From an uncultured delta proteobacterium (GTDB lineage: Bacteria > Myxococcota_A > Polyangia > Polyangiales > JAFGIB01): DNA of 64,000 nt. The translations under genes and the position numbers were made by a program. This document shows, one piece after another, positions 20,805 through 29,529 of the stretch. The stretch spans positions 96,001 through 160,000 of the forward strand of contig CAVZVA010000009.1 in NCBI GenBank assembly GCA_963778655.1, given 5' to 3'. The number at the start of each line of letters is the position of its first letter. The first letter of the stretch is position 1. The notes below the pieces were generated by a model. That model searched no databases. It had not been told where the DNA came from and was given only the letters and a program-made list of their open reading frames with translations.

Positions 20805-22014
20805 CCCGCACAAGTGGGAGTTTCGGGCGCGTTTTCGCCGGCATGCCTTCGGCTGGAAGTCGCAGCCGGCGATCAAGCGCATCAAAGAGGCGGTCTCCGA
20901 GATCAAAAAGGTCGCGCGCAAGGACGAGCTGCTCGCCGCCGAAGGTGCCGTGCTCTTGCTCGAGAAGGTGTCGCCGGCTCTGGAGCACGTGGACAGCTCC
21001 TCAGGCGCCATCGGTACGGCGGTGAACAATGCCATCACGGCGCTCGTGGAGATCATCGCCACGGCGCCGGCGGACGAGACGACGCGCGAGAAATGGCTCG
21101 AGCGGCTGTGGGAGGCGTATCAAGACGACCAGATCCCCTACATCGAGCTGCTGGGTGACTACTGGGGCGAGCTGTGCGTGTCGAAGGAGATCGCTTCACG
21201 CTGGGCCGATCAGCTCATCGGCACCTGCAAGATGGCTTGGAGCTCAGACCCGAACCTGCGCGGCTTCTTCAAAGGCACGACCAACTGCCTGAGCGCGCTA
21301 CTCGCGGCCGAGCGCTACGACGAGCTGCTCGCGTTGCTCGAGATGGCGCCCTACAAGATGTGGCACTACCGCCAGTACGGCGTCAAAGCGCTGTCGGCGT
21401 TGGGGAAGAAGGCCGACGCCATCCGCTACGCCGAGGCGGGTCGTGGGCTCAACGACAGTCCGATCGCCATTGCCCGCGCCTGCGAGGAGGTGCTGCTCTC
21501 GTCCGGGTTCGCCGACGAGGCGTACGAGCGCTACGGGCTCCTGGCGAATCAGGCGGGGACCTACGCTGCATGGTTTCGCGCTGTCGCGAAGAAGTACCCA
21601 CACAAAAAGCCCGCTGAGATTCTCGATGACCTCGTAGCCGAAACGCCTGGCGAGGAGGGCAAGTGGTTCGCCGCCGCCAAGGACGCGAAGCTGTTCGACG
21701 AGGCCATCGCGTTGGCCAACCGCACCCCATGCTCGCCGCAGACGCTGACCCGCGCTGCCCGTGACTACGAGGAGAAGAAACCCGAATTCGCCATCGAGGC
21801 AGGCATGGCCGCGCTGCACTGGCTGGTGGAGGGCTACGGCTACGAGATCACCGGCCTCGATGTTCTGAATGCCTTCTCCCACACCATGAAGGCGGCCGAG
21901 AACGCTGGCCGCGCCGAAGAGACGCAGAAGCGCATCCGTGACCTCGTCGCGCGCGAGTCGTTCGGCGAGCGCTTCGTCGGCAAGGTGCTCGGACGCCAGT
22001 TGGGGCTATCGTGA
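20791..22014 (+). CDS. Hypothetical alpha-helical protein (407 aa)
   Basis: Long clean ORF overlapping both neighbours; no motif I can name. Confidence 0.8.
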   Translation: MATASPHKWEFRARFRRHAFGWKSQPAIKRIKEAVSEIKKVARKDELLAAEGAVLLLEKVSPALEHVDSSSGAIGTAVNNAITALVEIIATAPADETTREKWLERLWEAYQDDQIPYIELLGDYWGELCVSKEIASRWADQLIGTCKMAWSSDPNLRGFFKGTTNCLSALLAAERYDELLALLEMAPYKMWHYRQYGVKALSALGKKADAIRYAEAGRGLNDSPIAIARACEEVLLSSGFADEAYERYGLLANQAGTYAAWFRAVAKKYPHKKPAEILDDLVAETPGEEGKWFAAAKDAKLFDEAIALANRTPCSPQTLTRAARDYEEKKPEFAIEAGMAALHWLVEGYGYEITGLDVLNAFSHTMKAAENAGRAEETQKRIRDLVARESFGERFVGKVLGRQLGLS

Positions 22015-23588
22015 CGCGACGCTATCAAACCAAGCCCACCCCCGATGCGTCGTCCACCGAGGCTGCGCTCGATGCCATGGATGCCGACGGGCTCCGGGCG
22101 CTCGTACGCGAGATGATTCCCTGGTTCGACGACGTGCTGCACGCCCGCTTCGTCAACGCGCTCGTCGATCGGGCCGCCCGCACCACGCCAACTTGGGCAC
22201 CGAAGGCGCCAGACGGTGCCCTGATCGGTGAGATTCAGGAGTTCGCCGAAGCGGCCAAGCGCATCGGCTACGCGGAACCTTCCGACGTCGACGCCTACTT
22301 GCGGCAGGGTGCCAACGCGTTCCTGGCAAAGAACTACGCGGCGGCTTTCCAGATCTTCCGAGCGCTGCTCATTCCGGCGGGCCACGGGGAGTTCCCCCTC
22401 GGCCAAGATGAGATGATCGACGAGGTGCTCGGCATCGATCCGGCGACCTGCGCTGCCCAGTACGTCGCCTCGATGTACATGACCGCCACGCCGAAGAACC
22501 GTGGCAAGGCCGTGCTCTCGGCCATCGACGAGATGCACGGCATCGGGCACTTCTGGGCGCCGCTGCGGGAGCTGGAGCGGGTGGCCATCGAGCCGCTTCC
22601 CGACTTCGACGACTTTCTCGTGCAGTGGAAGGCCCTCGTCGAAGAGCGCGTCCAGAAGGACCGCAGGAACGATTGGGACTCCGAGGAAGACCGTTGGCTG
22701 CGCGAGGTCGTGCAGCGAACCCAGGGCCCCGAGGGCCTGGCCGAGATCGCACGAGCCTCGAAGCGGGCCGACGACCTGCGGGCCTGGTGTCGAGCAATGG
22801 TCGAGGCTAGCGATTGGAAGGGTGCGCTAGCCGCGTACGACGAGGCGGCTGAGCTCGTCGCAGACAAGGAGTACGCCCGCGCTGACTTTCTCGATGGCGC
22901 CGCGTTGGCGGCACAGGAGCTCGGGCGCAAGGACCTGCCGGCACGACTCGAGCGCGCCTGGCGGGAGGCACCGAGCATGGTGCGCCTGCGCCGGTGGCTG
23001 GCCTCGGCGAATACCAGGAAGATCCTACTTGGACGCGTGAGCGAGGCACTCGCCGCTGTCCCCAAACAGGCGCATCGGCAACGCTCGTTGCTTCATGTTC
23101 TGAGCGGGGATTTCACGGAGGCGGCCAAGCTCCTCGGTTCCGCGAACGGGCTCGGTTGGTCGAGCGGAGAGCATCCAGGTCACCTGGCGTTCCCGCTGTT
23201 CATCTCCTTGCTGGGTGGCCTCGAGCTACCCGGTGAGCCCGCGCGCGACTACGACGAGCTGAGCCTGCTGTCGGACCGCGACGAACCTCGGCTCGCGACG
23301 CCGGAGGTGGCCGAGCTCATCCGCCTTGCAGGGATTCACGCACCCACCGAGCCGGCAACACGAGCAGTCGTCATCAAATCGATGCGGACCGCCGCCGAGA
23401 AGCGCATTGCCGGTGTCACCGAGAACAAGCGCAGGCGCCACTACGGCCACGCCGCATCTCTCGCACTCGCGTGTGCGCAGGTCGATGGCTCAACCTCGGG
23501 CACGAAGTGGCTCGAAGGTATCCGCGACGAGCACCGGCGCTACCCTGCGCTCCAACGCGAGCTCGGCGGACGCAAGGGGCGCACATGA
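22011..23588 (+). CDS. Helical-repeat protein resembling the C-terminal region of SWIM zinc-finger-family proteins (no SWIM motif)
   Basis: C-terminus ENKRRRHYGHAASL...WLEGIRDEHRRYPALQREL; GTGA/ATGA coupling. Confidence 0.7.
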   Translation: MTRRYQTKPTPDASSTEAALDAMDADGLRALVREMIPWFDDVLHARFVNALVDRAARTTPTWAPKAPDGALIGEIQEFAEAAKRIGYAEPSDVDAYLRQGANAFLAKNYAAAFQIFRALLIPAGHGEFPLGQDEMIDEVLGIDPATCAAQYVASMYMTATPKNRGKAVLSAIDEMHGIGHFWAPLRELERVAIEPLPDFDDFLVQWKALVEERVQKDRRNDWDSEEDRWLREVVQRTQGPEGLAEIARASKRADDLRAWCRAMVEASDWKGALAAYDEAAELVADKEYARADFLDGAALAAQELGRKDLPARLERAWREAPSMVRLRRWLASANTRKILLGRVSEALAAVPKQAHRQRSLLHVLSGDFTEAAKLLGSANGLGWSSGEHPGHLAFPLFISLLGGLELPGEPARDYDELSLLSDRDEPRLATPEVAELIRLAGIHAPTEPATRAVVIKSMRTAAEKRIAGVTENKRRRHYGHAASLALACAQVDGSTSGTKWLEGIRDEHRRYPALQRELGGRKGRT

Positions 23589-24655
23589 CCCGTCGCTCGA
23601 AAGCGGCCGAGAACGGCAGCGCAGAAGAAGACGTCGAGCTTCATTATACGCTGACGCCGAGACTGGCGTCGTCCCTGGCTCGCGCCCAATGGTCGGCCGG
23701 GAAAGCTTCGGCGTCGGGACTTTCGTTCTACGGGCTGCGAGCCCTTCAGACCGAGATGATGCACCTGCGCATCGCCGAGATGACGGTTGCGTGTACCTTC
23801 AACGTCACGATGAAGGAGGTGGAGCGCGTGGTCGCCGGTGACCTCTTGCCGCCACGCCGGCAGGCAGCGATGGAGACCATCCGGCTGGCTACGGCGCTGT
23901 GTGAAGCCGTTCGGCTGGCGACCCGTCGCGCCAAGGCGACGGACGCCGAGACCTGCTGGTCCTACTTCGAGCTCGCGAAAGCCCAACCCATGGGCTGGGC
24001 GCACTTTGTCGGCCTTCCGCGGGGCAGCCTGATCGACCACCGCCGCAAAAAGTCCAAACCGCCGCCGGACATCGTGGGCCTCTACAAGTGGATCGACGGA
24101 GACGAGCTGGTCTCCGATGACCCGATCCTGCGAGCCGCGACCCTTTTCTTTGGACTCCGAGAGCTCGAGGAGGGACGGCCCGGACGGATCGCGCGGATGG
24201 CCGTCGTGGACCACGAGCTCCAAGCCGGCCTCGACCCGCGCGGTCTCCTGGTGCTGCGCAACCGCAAGCTCGGCGGCATGGCCCTTCGCCCCACCGCCCC
24301 TGGATTCGGGCTCGCGCAGACGACAGGAGACCTCACCCGCTACTTCGAGTTCTTTGCGAGCGGCGTGGGCGATGGCATGTCGGACATCGCTCGCGACCTC
24401 GAAGGCCGGCAGGAGAGCGAACAACGGCGTCCTTGGATGACCGTTCGCCCCCCAGACCAACTCGACCGCCAGATCTTCGACGCCGTGCAGCAGCTCGGCA
24501 GTGCCACCATCCAGCAGCTCCTTGGCGCCATCCAAGCCCCACCGCCGCTGCGCACCGTCCAGCGCCGACTCAAGAAGCTCTGCGACAAGGGTCTCCTCGC
24601 CAAGCATGGCAGCCGCCGGGATGCGTTTTACAGGCTCCCCGAGAGCGAACCGTAG
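23585..24655 (+). CDS. Degenerate Fic-like protein with C-terminal winged HTH
   Basis: DPILRAATLFFGLRELEEGRPGRIARM lies where HPFxDGNGRxxR is expected; GDLTRYFEFF; C-terminal RTVQRRLKKLCDKGLLAKHG. Confidence 0.6.
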   Translation: MTRRSKAAENGSAEEDVELHYTLTPRLASSLARAQWSAGKASASGLSFYGLRALQTEMMHLRIAEMTVACTFNVTMKEVERVVAGDLLPPRRQAAMETIRLATALCEAVRLATRRAKATDAETCWSYFELAKAQPMGWAHFVGLPRGSLIDHRRKKSKPPPDIVGLYKWIDGDELVSDDPILRAATLFFGLRELEEGRPGRIARMAVVDHELQAGLDPRGLLVLRNRKLGGMALRPTAPGFGLAQTTGDLTRYFEFFASGVGDGMSDIARDLEGRQESEQRRPWMTVRPPDQLDRQIFDAVQQLGSATIQQLLGAIQAPPPLRTVQRRLKKLCDKGLLAKHGSRRDAFYRLPESEP

Positions 24656-24755
24656 GTCGCGTTCAGTCCGCCATATTTGCGCCACCAACTGGCGCAAGAA
24701 ACCGACCGCGGTCACTTTTCTTCGCTGTTGAAATCACAGGGGTTTCGTGGGTTTG

Positions 24756-24800
24756 CTGTTAACCAAGGGGTCGTAAGTATACATCCTCGCCTTCGAGCCA
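24756..24800 (+). pseudogene. Decayed 3' half of tRNA-Asn(GTT); probable att site (island right end)
   Basis: Parses exactly as CTGTTAA|CCAAG|GGGTC|GTAAG|TATACAT|CCTCG|CCTTCGA|G|CCA (7-5-5-5-7-5-7-1-3); no 5' half; T-loop degraded. Confidence 0.7.
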
Positions 24801-25064
24801 TATTCTCGCTGCCTCATCGGCAGCGACCCAAGAGTGAACGAAGCCCCGATCGGTGAGAGCCGCTTGGGGCTTCGGTCTTTCTGGGGCATGACGCGGGGTT
24901 GTGGGCGTTGGGACTGCGCGCGTGGTGGCTCTCCGTTTTTCGCTGGTCGTCGTGGTCGGGTGCGAGGATGGGCGTCGGGGGCTCTCTGCTCGCCGATTCG
25001 AGCCGGAGAACGGGAGAGAGCCGGAGGCTCGCAGTTGACGCAGGCGACCTGGCGGTTGGCAGCG
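24796..25064 (+). repeat. ~270-bp non-coding direct repeat, copy 1
   Basis: Colinear with 27348-27617 (e.g. CGCTGCCTCATCGGCAGCGACCCAAGAGTGAACGAAGCCCCGA; GCCGGAGAACGGGAGAGAGCCGGAGGCTCGCAGTTGACGCA). Confidence 0.93.
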
Positions 25065-25078
25065 GGCGAAACGTGAGG

Positions 25079-25987
25079 TCACGCCCACGGTCCGCCGGGC
25101 GCCCAGTGCTTCACGAACGTCGATCCTGCTGCTGCGAAGAGCGGCTCCTCGACGAAGCGGGCGATGGTGGCCGCGACGTCGCGAAGTTCGCCGAGGGGCG
25201 GCGCGCCGGACTTCCGCAGGAACGCGTTCCACTGCGTAGTCTTCATGCGGTCGTCCGTGAATTCCGTCGTGAGCGCGACAGGCAGCCCCGCGGGAAGCGG
25301 CGTTCCCCTGCGAGCGAACGTCGCCGCGATGGCCCGGGCGAGCAGCTCTCCCTCGAAGGCAAACGTCTGCGAGAGAACCGCGAGGTCGTAGAAGTCCTTC
25401 ATGCGGCTGTTGGCCTGGCCAAGCTTCACCATCGCTTCGAGCTTCTCGGCCACGACCGTCTCGCGCGGGTAGGCGCGGAGGTTCGGAGCCGGAAAGTCGA
25501 GCAGTGGCGGGAAGTCCACGTTCATCGCGTCGGGCGTGATCGCGTCGCCAAAGCCGACGTCGACTTGAAGTCGAACCTTGGCGTTGGTCACCTGGGCGAT
25601 CAGGACCACGCGAACGCCACCGTAGTCCTGCTCTTCGCGGATGGGCCCCACGTCGAGAGTGCTCTCGTCGAAACGGACGCCGTCGTCGTCGACCTCGACG
25701 GCAAGGATGTCGGCAAATACAGCGCGGAGGTGATCTTCGCTGGGATCGCCGAAGCCGAGTAGGTCCACATCGCGCGTCGCTCGGTGAGGCTCCCCGGTCC
25801 AGATGGTGAAGAGTGCGGCGCCCTTGAGGACGAAGCGAGATGCATGCTCGGAGCTCGCGAGGCGATAGAGCAGCCGTTCGTTCGCGTAGCGCGTGAGAAC
25901 GAGTTGGAAGTCCTCTCCTCGCTCGCGCGCGAGGCGCAGTAGTCGAGCGCGCACGGATGCGCCGATATCCTTGGGCGACTTCGTCAC
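25079..25987 (-). CDS. abiEii: AbiEii/AbiGii-family nucleotidyltransferase toxin (type IV TA)
   Basis: ASVRARLL, FVLKGA, RATRDVD, VDVGFGD, AEKLEA, NSRMKDFYD; GTG start overlaps the antitoxin stop. Confidence 0.93.
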   Translation of the reverse strand: MTKSPKDIGASVRARLLRLARERGEDFQLVLTRYANERLLYRLASSEHASRFVLKGAALFTIWTGEPHRATRDVDLLGFGDPSEDHLRAVFADILAVEVDDDGVRFDESTLDVGPIREEQDYGGVRVVLIAQVTNAKVRLQVDVGFGDAITPDAMNVDFPPLLDFPAPNLRAYPRETVVAEKLEAMVKLGQANSRMKDFYDLAVLSQTFAFEGELLARAIAATFARRGTPLPAGLPVALTTEFTDDRMKTTQWNAFLRKSGAPPLGELRDVAATIARFVEEPLFAAAGSTFVKHWAPGGPWA

Positions 25988-26589
25988 GCCAGCGCCTCCA
26001 GGTAGGGCCGCATGAAGGTGTAGATCCGATCGGCGCGCGCGGCTTCGACAAGGGCATTCATGCCACCCCGATGCGCGCGAAGGTAGTCGCGCAGCGCAGC
26101 CATGGCGACGTCGAGGCCCACGTGCTGCCGGTAGCGGAAGCAGTCGGCAACGGTCTTCGCTGGGCTGGTGACCCGAACCTCCACGCCCTCGACCTCGCGG
26201 GTCTCGATGCCGTGCGCGAGTGCGCGGCCGCTGGCGCGAACAACCTCGAGCTTGGGATAGGAGAGCTTGGGCATGCGGGCGTGGCGATCGATCATCACCC
26301 ACACCGCGTGCGGCACCTCGGTCGTCAGTTCATGGAGCAGCAGTGCGCTGAGCAGGCAGACGGTTGCTTGCGGCACCCGCACGGCGACCTCGGCGAGCGA
26401 GTGCAGCTCGGTGACTGGCGCATCCGCAAGGCGGTAGATCCCTCGATCGACCTGCTCCAGCACCCCCCGATCACACAGCCGACGGAGGTAGACCCGCGGG
26501 ATGCCCGCCTTGGCCAGGTCGCGCGCACGCACTGGCCCCTTGCGGGCGAGCCGCAGGAGTGTGTCAGTCTTGGTGGCTTCGGCTGGCAT
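25984..26589 (-). CDS. abiEi: AbiEi-family antitoxin / transcriptional regulator
   Basis: N-terminal wHTH (LEQVDRGIY), CLLSALLLHELTT, TSPAKTVADCFRYR, GLDVAMAAL. Confidence 0.93.
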   Translation of the reverse strand: MPAEATKTDTLLRLARKGPVRARDLAKAGIPRVYLRRLCDRGVLEQVDRGIYRLADAPVTELHSLAEVAVRVPQATVCLLSALLLHELTTEVPHAVWVMIDRHARMPKLSYPKLEVVRASGRALAHGIETREVEGVEVRVTSPAKTVADCFRYRQHVGLDVAMAALRDYLRAHRGGMNALVEAARADRIYTFMRPYLEALA

Positions 26590-26636
26590 GATACGAAACG
26601 TCGGTCCTAACAATTTTAGACATACGTTTTGTAACA
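26589..26636. promoter_or_regulatory. 18-12-18 inverted-repeat box abutting the abiEi start codon (box A1)
   Basis: TGATACGAAACGTCGGTC-ctaacaatttta-GACATACGTTTTGTAACA. Confidence 0.75.
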
Positions 26637-26713
26637 CAGCGACGGCCGTTGCACAAGCCACCCATCCATGTTGTCTCGCCATTTCAAATAGTTAGGCACA
26701 ATCTCCGACGAAG

Positions 26714-26766
26714 GGAACGATCTCGTTACTTTCCCCTGGCGCTAGGAACGAATCCGTTCCCAGCGC
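26714..26766. repeat. Two GGAACG-N4-CGTTCC-type palindromes, 31 bp apart (B boxes)
   Basis: GGAACGatctCGTTAC at 26714; GGAACGaatcCGTTCC at 26745. Confidence 0.7.
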
Positions 26767-26797
26767 AGCTGACTACCGCCGGCGCCGCCGCTGCCGA

Positions 26798-26845
26798 TGA
26801 TACGAAACGTATGTCCGAAAGCGTACCGACCGACGTTTCGTAACA
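26798..26845. promoter_or_regulatory. Second 18-12-18 box (A2), inverted relative to A1, upstream of the recombinase
   Basis: TGATACGAAACGTATGTC-cgaaagcgtacc-GACCGACGTTTCGTAACA, ending 37 bp before ATG 26883. Confidence 0.75.
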
Positions 26846-26882
26846 CCTTGCTCTCTCCCCCGGACAGCGCCCTCATGGCGGC

Positions 26883-27320
26883 ATGTCGTCGTATGCGGAG
26901 AGCGGCCGGGCGCCGCGGACGTTGACCGAGCGGGAGCAGCGGCTGTTGCTGAAGGTCAGCGGGGACCACCGCGCCGGGTTCCGAGATCACGTGCTCTACG
27001 CGATGGCGCTCGGGACCGGGCTGCGCGAGCACGAGCTGGTGGCCCTCGACATGGGCGACGTCTTCAACGCCGCCGGCAAAGCGCGGCGACGGATCGTGCT
27101 GCGGGTGTTCAAGGGCTCCGACCGAGCCAGCGCGGGTCAGGATGTGCTGGTGCCCGAGGGGCTGCGGGTGAAGTTGAACAAGCTGTGGGCCTGGAAGGTA
27201 CGCGGCGGCGACAGTCTCGAGAACGACGCGCCGCTCTTCGTCAGTCGCCTTGGGCAGCGGCTGTCACCTCGGCAGGGTCGACGGAAGCCGCCGCTGACCT
27301 ACTTGCAGTTTCGGAAGTGA
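26883..27320 (+). pseudogene. Small tyrosine recombinase, C-terminally truncated
   Basis: [35 protein letters not shown] (first catalytic Arg), [15 protein letters not shown]; no HxxR or catalytic Tyr before the stop. Confidence 0.85.
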
Positions 27321-27347
27321 CCACCCCCCCGCTGCCGACCAGCGAAA

Positions 27348-27617
27348 AGCCATTTTTTCGCTGCCTCATCGGCAGCGACCCAAGAGTGAACGAAGCCCCG
27401 AATGGTGAGAGGCGCTTGGGGCTTCGGTCTTTCTGGGCCATGACGCGGTTTGCGGGTGATGGCCCTGACCGCGTGGCGGCTCTCCGTTCTTCGCTGGTGG
27501 TCGTGGTCGGGCGCGTGGGGATGCGCGTCGCGGGCTCTCTGTGGGCGGATTCGGGCCGGAGAACGGGAGAGAGCCGGAGGCTCGCAGTTGACGCACGCGA
27601 CCTGGGGGTTGGCAGCG
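27348..27617 (+). repeat. ~270-bp non-coding direct repeat, copy 2
   Basis: Colinear with 24796-25064. Confidence 0.93.
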
Positions 27618-27998
27618 CTAGCAGGTCATGCCTGCGTTCGGCAGAGTGCCGGCCCAGTCGATGCCTCCCGCGTTTGCCAGCCCGTGGGTGTGGATCTCCC
27701 AAAGGACCAGGCGCCAAGAAGTTGTTCCTCCGGAATCGAGTGGCAGTGTCCGAAGCCACTTCGCCCGACACGTTGTCTTGAGCGCTGCCGAACACGCCGG
27801 CGGATGTCGAAGGTGGCCGTTGGCCCCCCATCCAAGCAAGGAACGAAACGCGTTGTGGCCGAGGGAAGTCGCCCAGAACTTGTCGACCGCAACGGTCTTC
27901 GGTGCTGGAGAGCTGCGATGGCGTGGCGATCTCTTCGGCCAGTGCCGCTTCGCAGTAGCAGAAGGCGCGGATCAACCAGTTCGAGTAGTCTGTCGCGT

Positions 27999-29195
27999 TC
28001 ATGGGTGTGGGGCTCCCTTCGGCGTCGCGTCCAGCTCCGTTCCAACACGCAGCTTGTCGAGGTAGCGCTGGTACACCCATGAGCGGTCGCGCTTTTTGCC
28101 GGTGGTTTCGACGAGGACGCCGGCCTTTTCGAGTGCCTCGACGGCGCGCCCAGCGGTGGGCTTGCTGACGCCGAGCTGCTTGATGGCAAAGGCCACCGAC
28201 ACGACGGGATGCCGTGGCAGCAGCTCGAAGAGACGCACCGCCGCGACCGACGTGCCCGCGTGATCGAGGGCGCGTGTTCGATCGTCGGTGACTAACGTGA
28301 AGAGCTCGCGCGCGGAGGTGACCGCCTCGTCGGCGATGGTGGCGACGCCGTCCAAGAAGAAGTCGGTCCACCCTTCCCAGTCGCCGCTAGTCCGCACGGC
28401 GCCCAGGCGGTCGTAGTAGTCACTTCGGTGCCGCTTGAAGAAGAGGCTCAGGTAGAGCAGCGGCTTGGTGAGAAGCTTCCAGTGCTCGAGTAGCAAGGTG
28501 ACCAACAGGCGTCCGATTCTCCCGTTGCCGTCGAGGTAGGGGTGGATGGTCTCGAACTGCACGTGCAGAAGCCCCGCGCGAACGAGAGGCGGCAGATCAT
28601 TGCCTGCGTGAATGTACTTCTCGAACGCCGACAGCAGGTCGCCAAGGGCGTGCGACGGCGGCGGCACGAAGGCCGCATTGCCTGGACGACTCCCGCCGAT
28701 CCAGTTCTGTGTGCGACGCACCTCCCCCGGCTGCTTGTCGGCGCCCCGAACGCCTTGCATCAGGCGCGCGTGCGTTTCGTTGAGCAAGCGCATCGACAGC
28801 GGCAGCCCCGAGGCGTCGGCGAGCTGCGCTCGCGCGAAGTGGAGGGCATCGAGGTAGTTGCAGACCTCCTCGACGTCTGGGCTCCTTGGGCCTTCGTCGC
28901 TCTCGGCCTCGAAGGTGAGCAGATCGACGAGGGTCGCCTGGGTGCCCTCAATCTGCGAGGAGACGACCGCTTCCTTGCGGACGAAGGCGTAGATGAACCA
29001 GTCGAGCGACGGCACCATCTCGCCGGCCAGCTCGAGCCGAACCAACGCCTGCTCGGCCGCTCGGAGCCGCTCGTCGAGGGAACGTTCGATGGCGAGCTTC
29101 GGTCGTGTGGGTGGCAGTGCCGCAGGAATGAAGGCTGCGACCTCCTCGCCGCCCACCTTGGTCCGCTCATAGGTACCTGTTTTCCTTTGCTTCAT
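27999..29195 (-). CDS. Fic-family protein with C-terminal HTH (SoFic-like architecture)
   Basis: Intact HPYLDGNGRIGR; EAVVSSQIEG inhibitory-type helix; C-terminal ETTGKKRDR wHTH. Confidence 0.95.
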   Translation of the reverse strand: MKQRKTGTYERTKVGGEEVAAFIPAALPPTRPKLAIERSLDERLRAAEQALVRLELAGEMVPSLDWFIYAFVRKEAVVSSQIEGTQATLVDLLTFEAESDEGPRSPDVEEVCNYLDALHFARAQLADASGLPLSMRLLNETHARLMQGVRGADKQPGEVRRTQNWIGGSRPGNAAFVPPPSHALGDLLSAFEKYIHAGNDLPPLVRAGLLHVQFETIHPYLDGNGRIGRLLVTLLLEHWKLLTKPLLYLSLFFKRHRSDYYDRLGAVRTSGDWEGWTDFFLDGVATIADEAVTSARELFTLVTDDRTRALDHAGTSVAAVRLFELLPRHPVVSVAFAIKQLGVSKPTAGRAVEALEKAGVLVETTGKKRDRSWVYQRYLDKLRVGTELDATPKGAPHP

Positions 29196-29210
29196 CGCTG
29201 CATCCCGCTC

Positions 29211-29354
29211 GGAACGAGTTCGTGCCCAGGGCTCCTTGCTGGTAACGAATTCTTTACCAGTCCAGCTCATTAGTCAAGGATTCGTTCCTAACGAAAAGGC
29301 GGCGCTAGGAACGGATCCGTTATCACTGGCTGCCGCTGGAAACGATTTCGTTCC
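29211..29354. repeat. Array of five B-type palindromes upstream of fic
   Basis: Boxes start at 29211, 29242, 29273, 29308, 29339 (spacing 31, 31, 35, 31). Confidence 0.8.
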
Positions 29355-29529
29355 TAGCGGGGCAGGCTTCACCCACGTTGCTCACCAGATCAGCGCGCGT
29401 TCTGGGTTCATCCGGCCGTGCTGGTCTTTGCCCTCGCGCCCATAGACTTGGCGACGGCCTTCTTGGTGGCGGCCTTCTTCGATCTAGCCACCGACTTCTT
29501 GCGACTTCGTACCGTGCGAGACACGCCCG

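Noticed and set aside
24756..24800. Functional tRNA-Asn gene
   Set aside because: No 5' acceptor strand or D-arm; T-loop reads TATACAT rather than TTCGAAT; T-stem mispaired
26589..26845. fimS-like invertible promoter
   Set aside because: The two sites have non-homologous spacers and the adjacent recombinase lacks its catalytic C-terminus; kept only as a minor alternative
29211..29354. 31-bp periodic array as a mini-CRISPR
   Set aside because: Repeats are degenerate 16-bp palindromes with 15-19-bp gaps, too short for spacers
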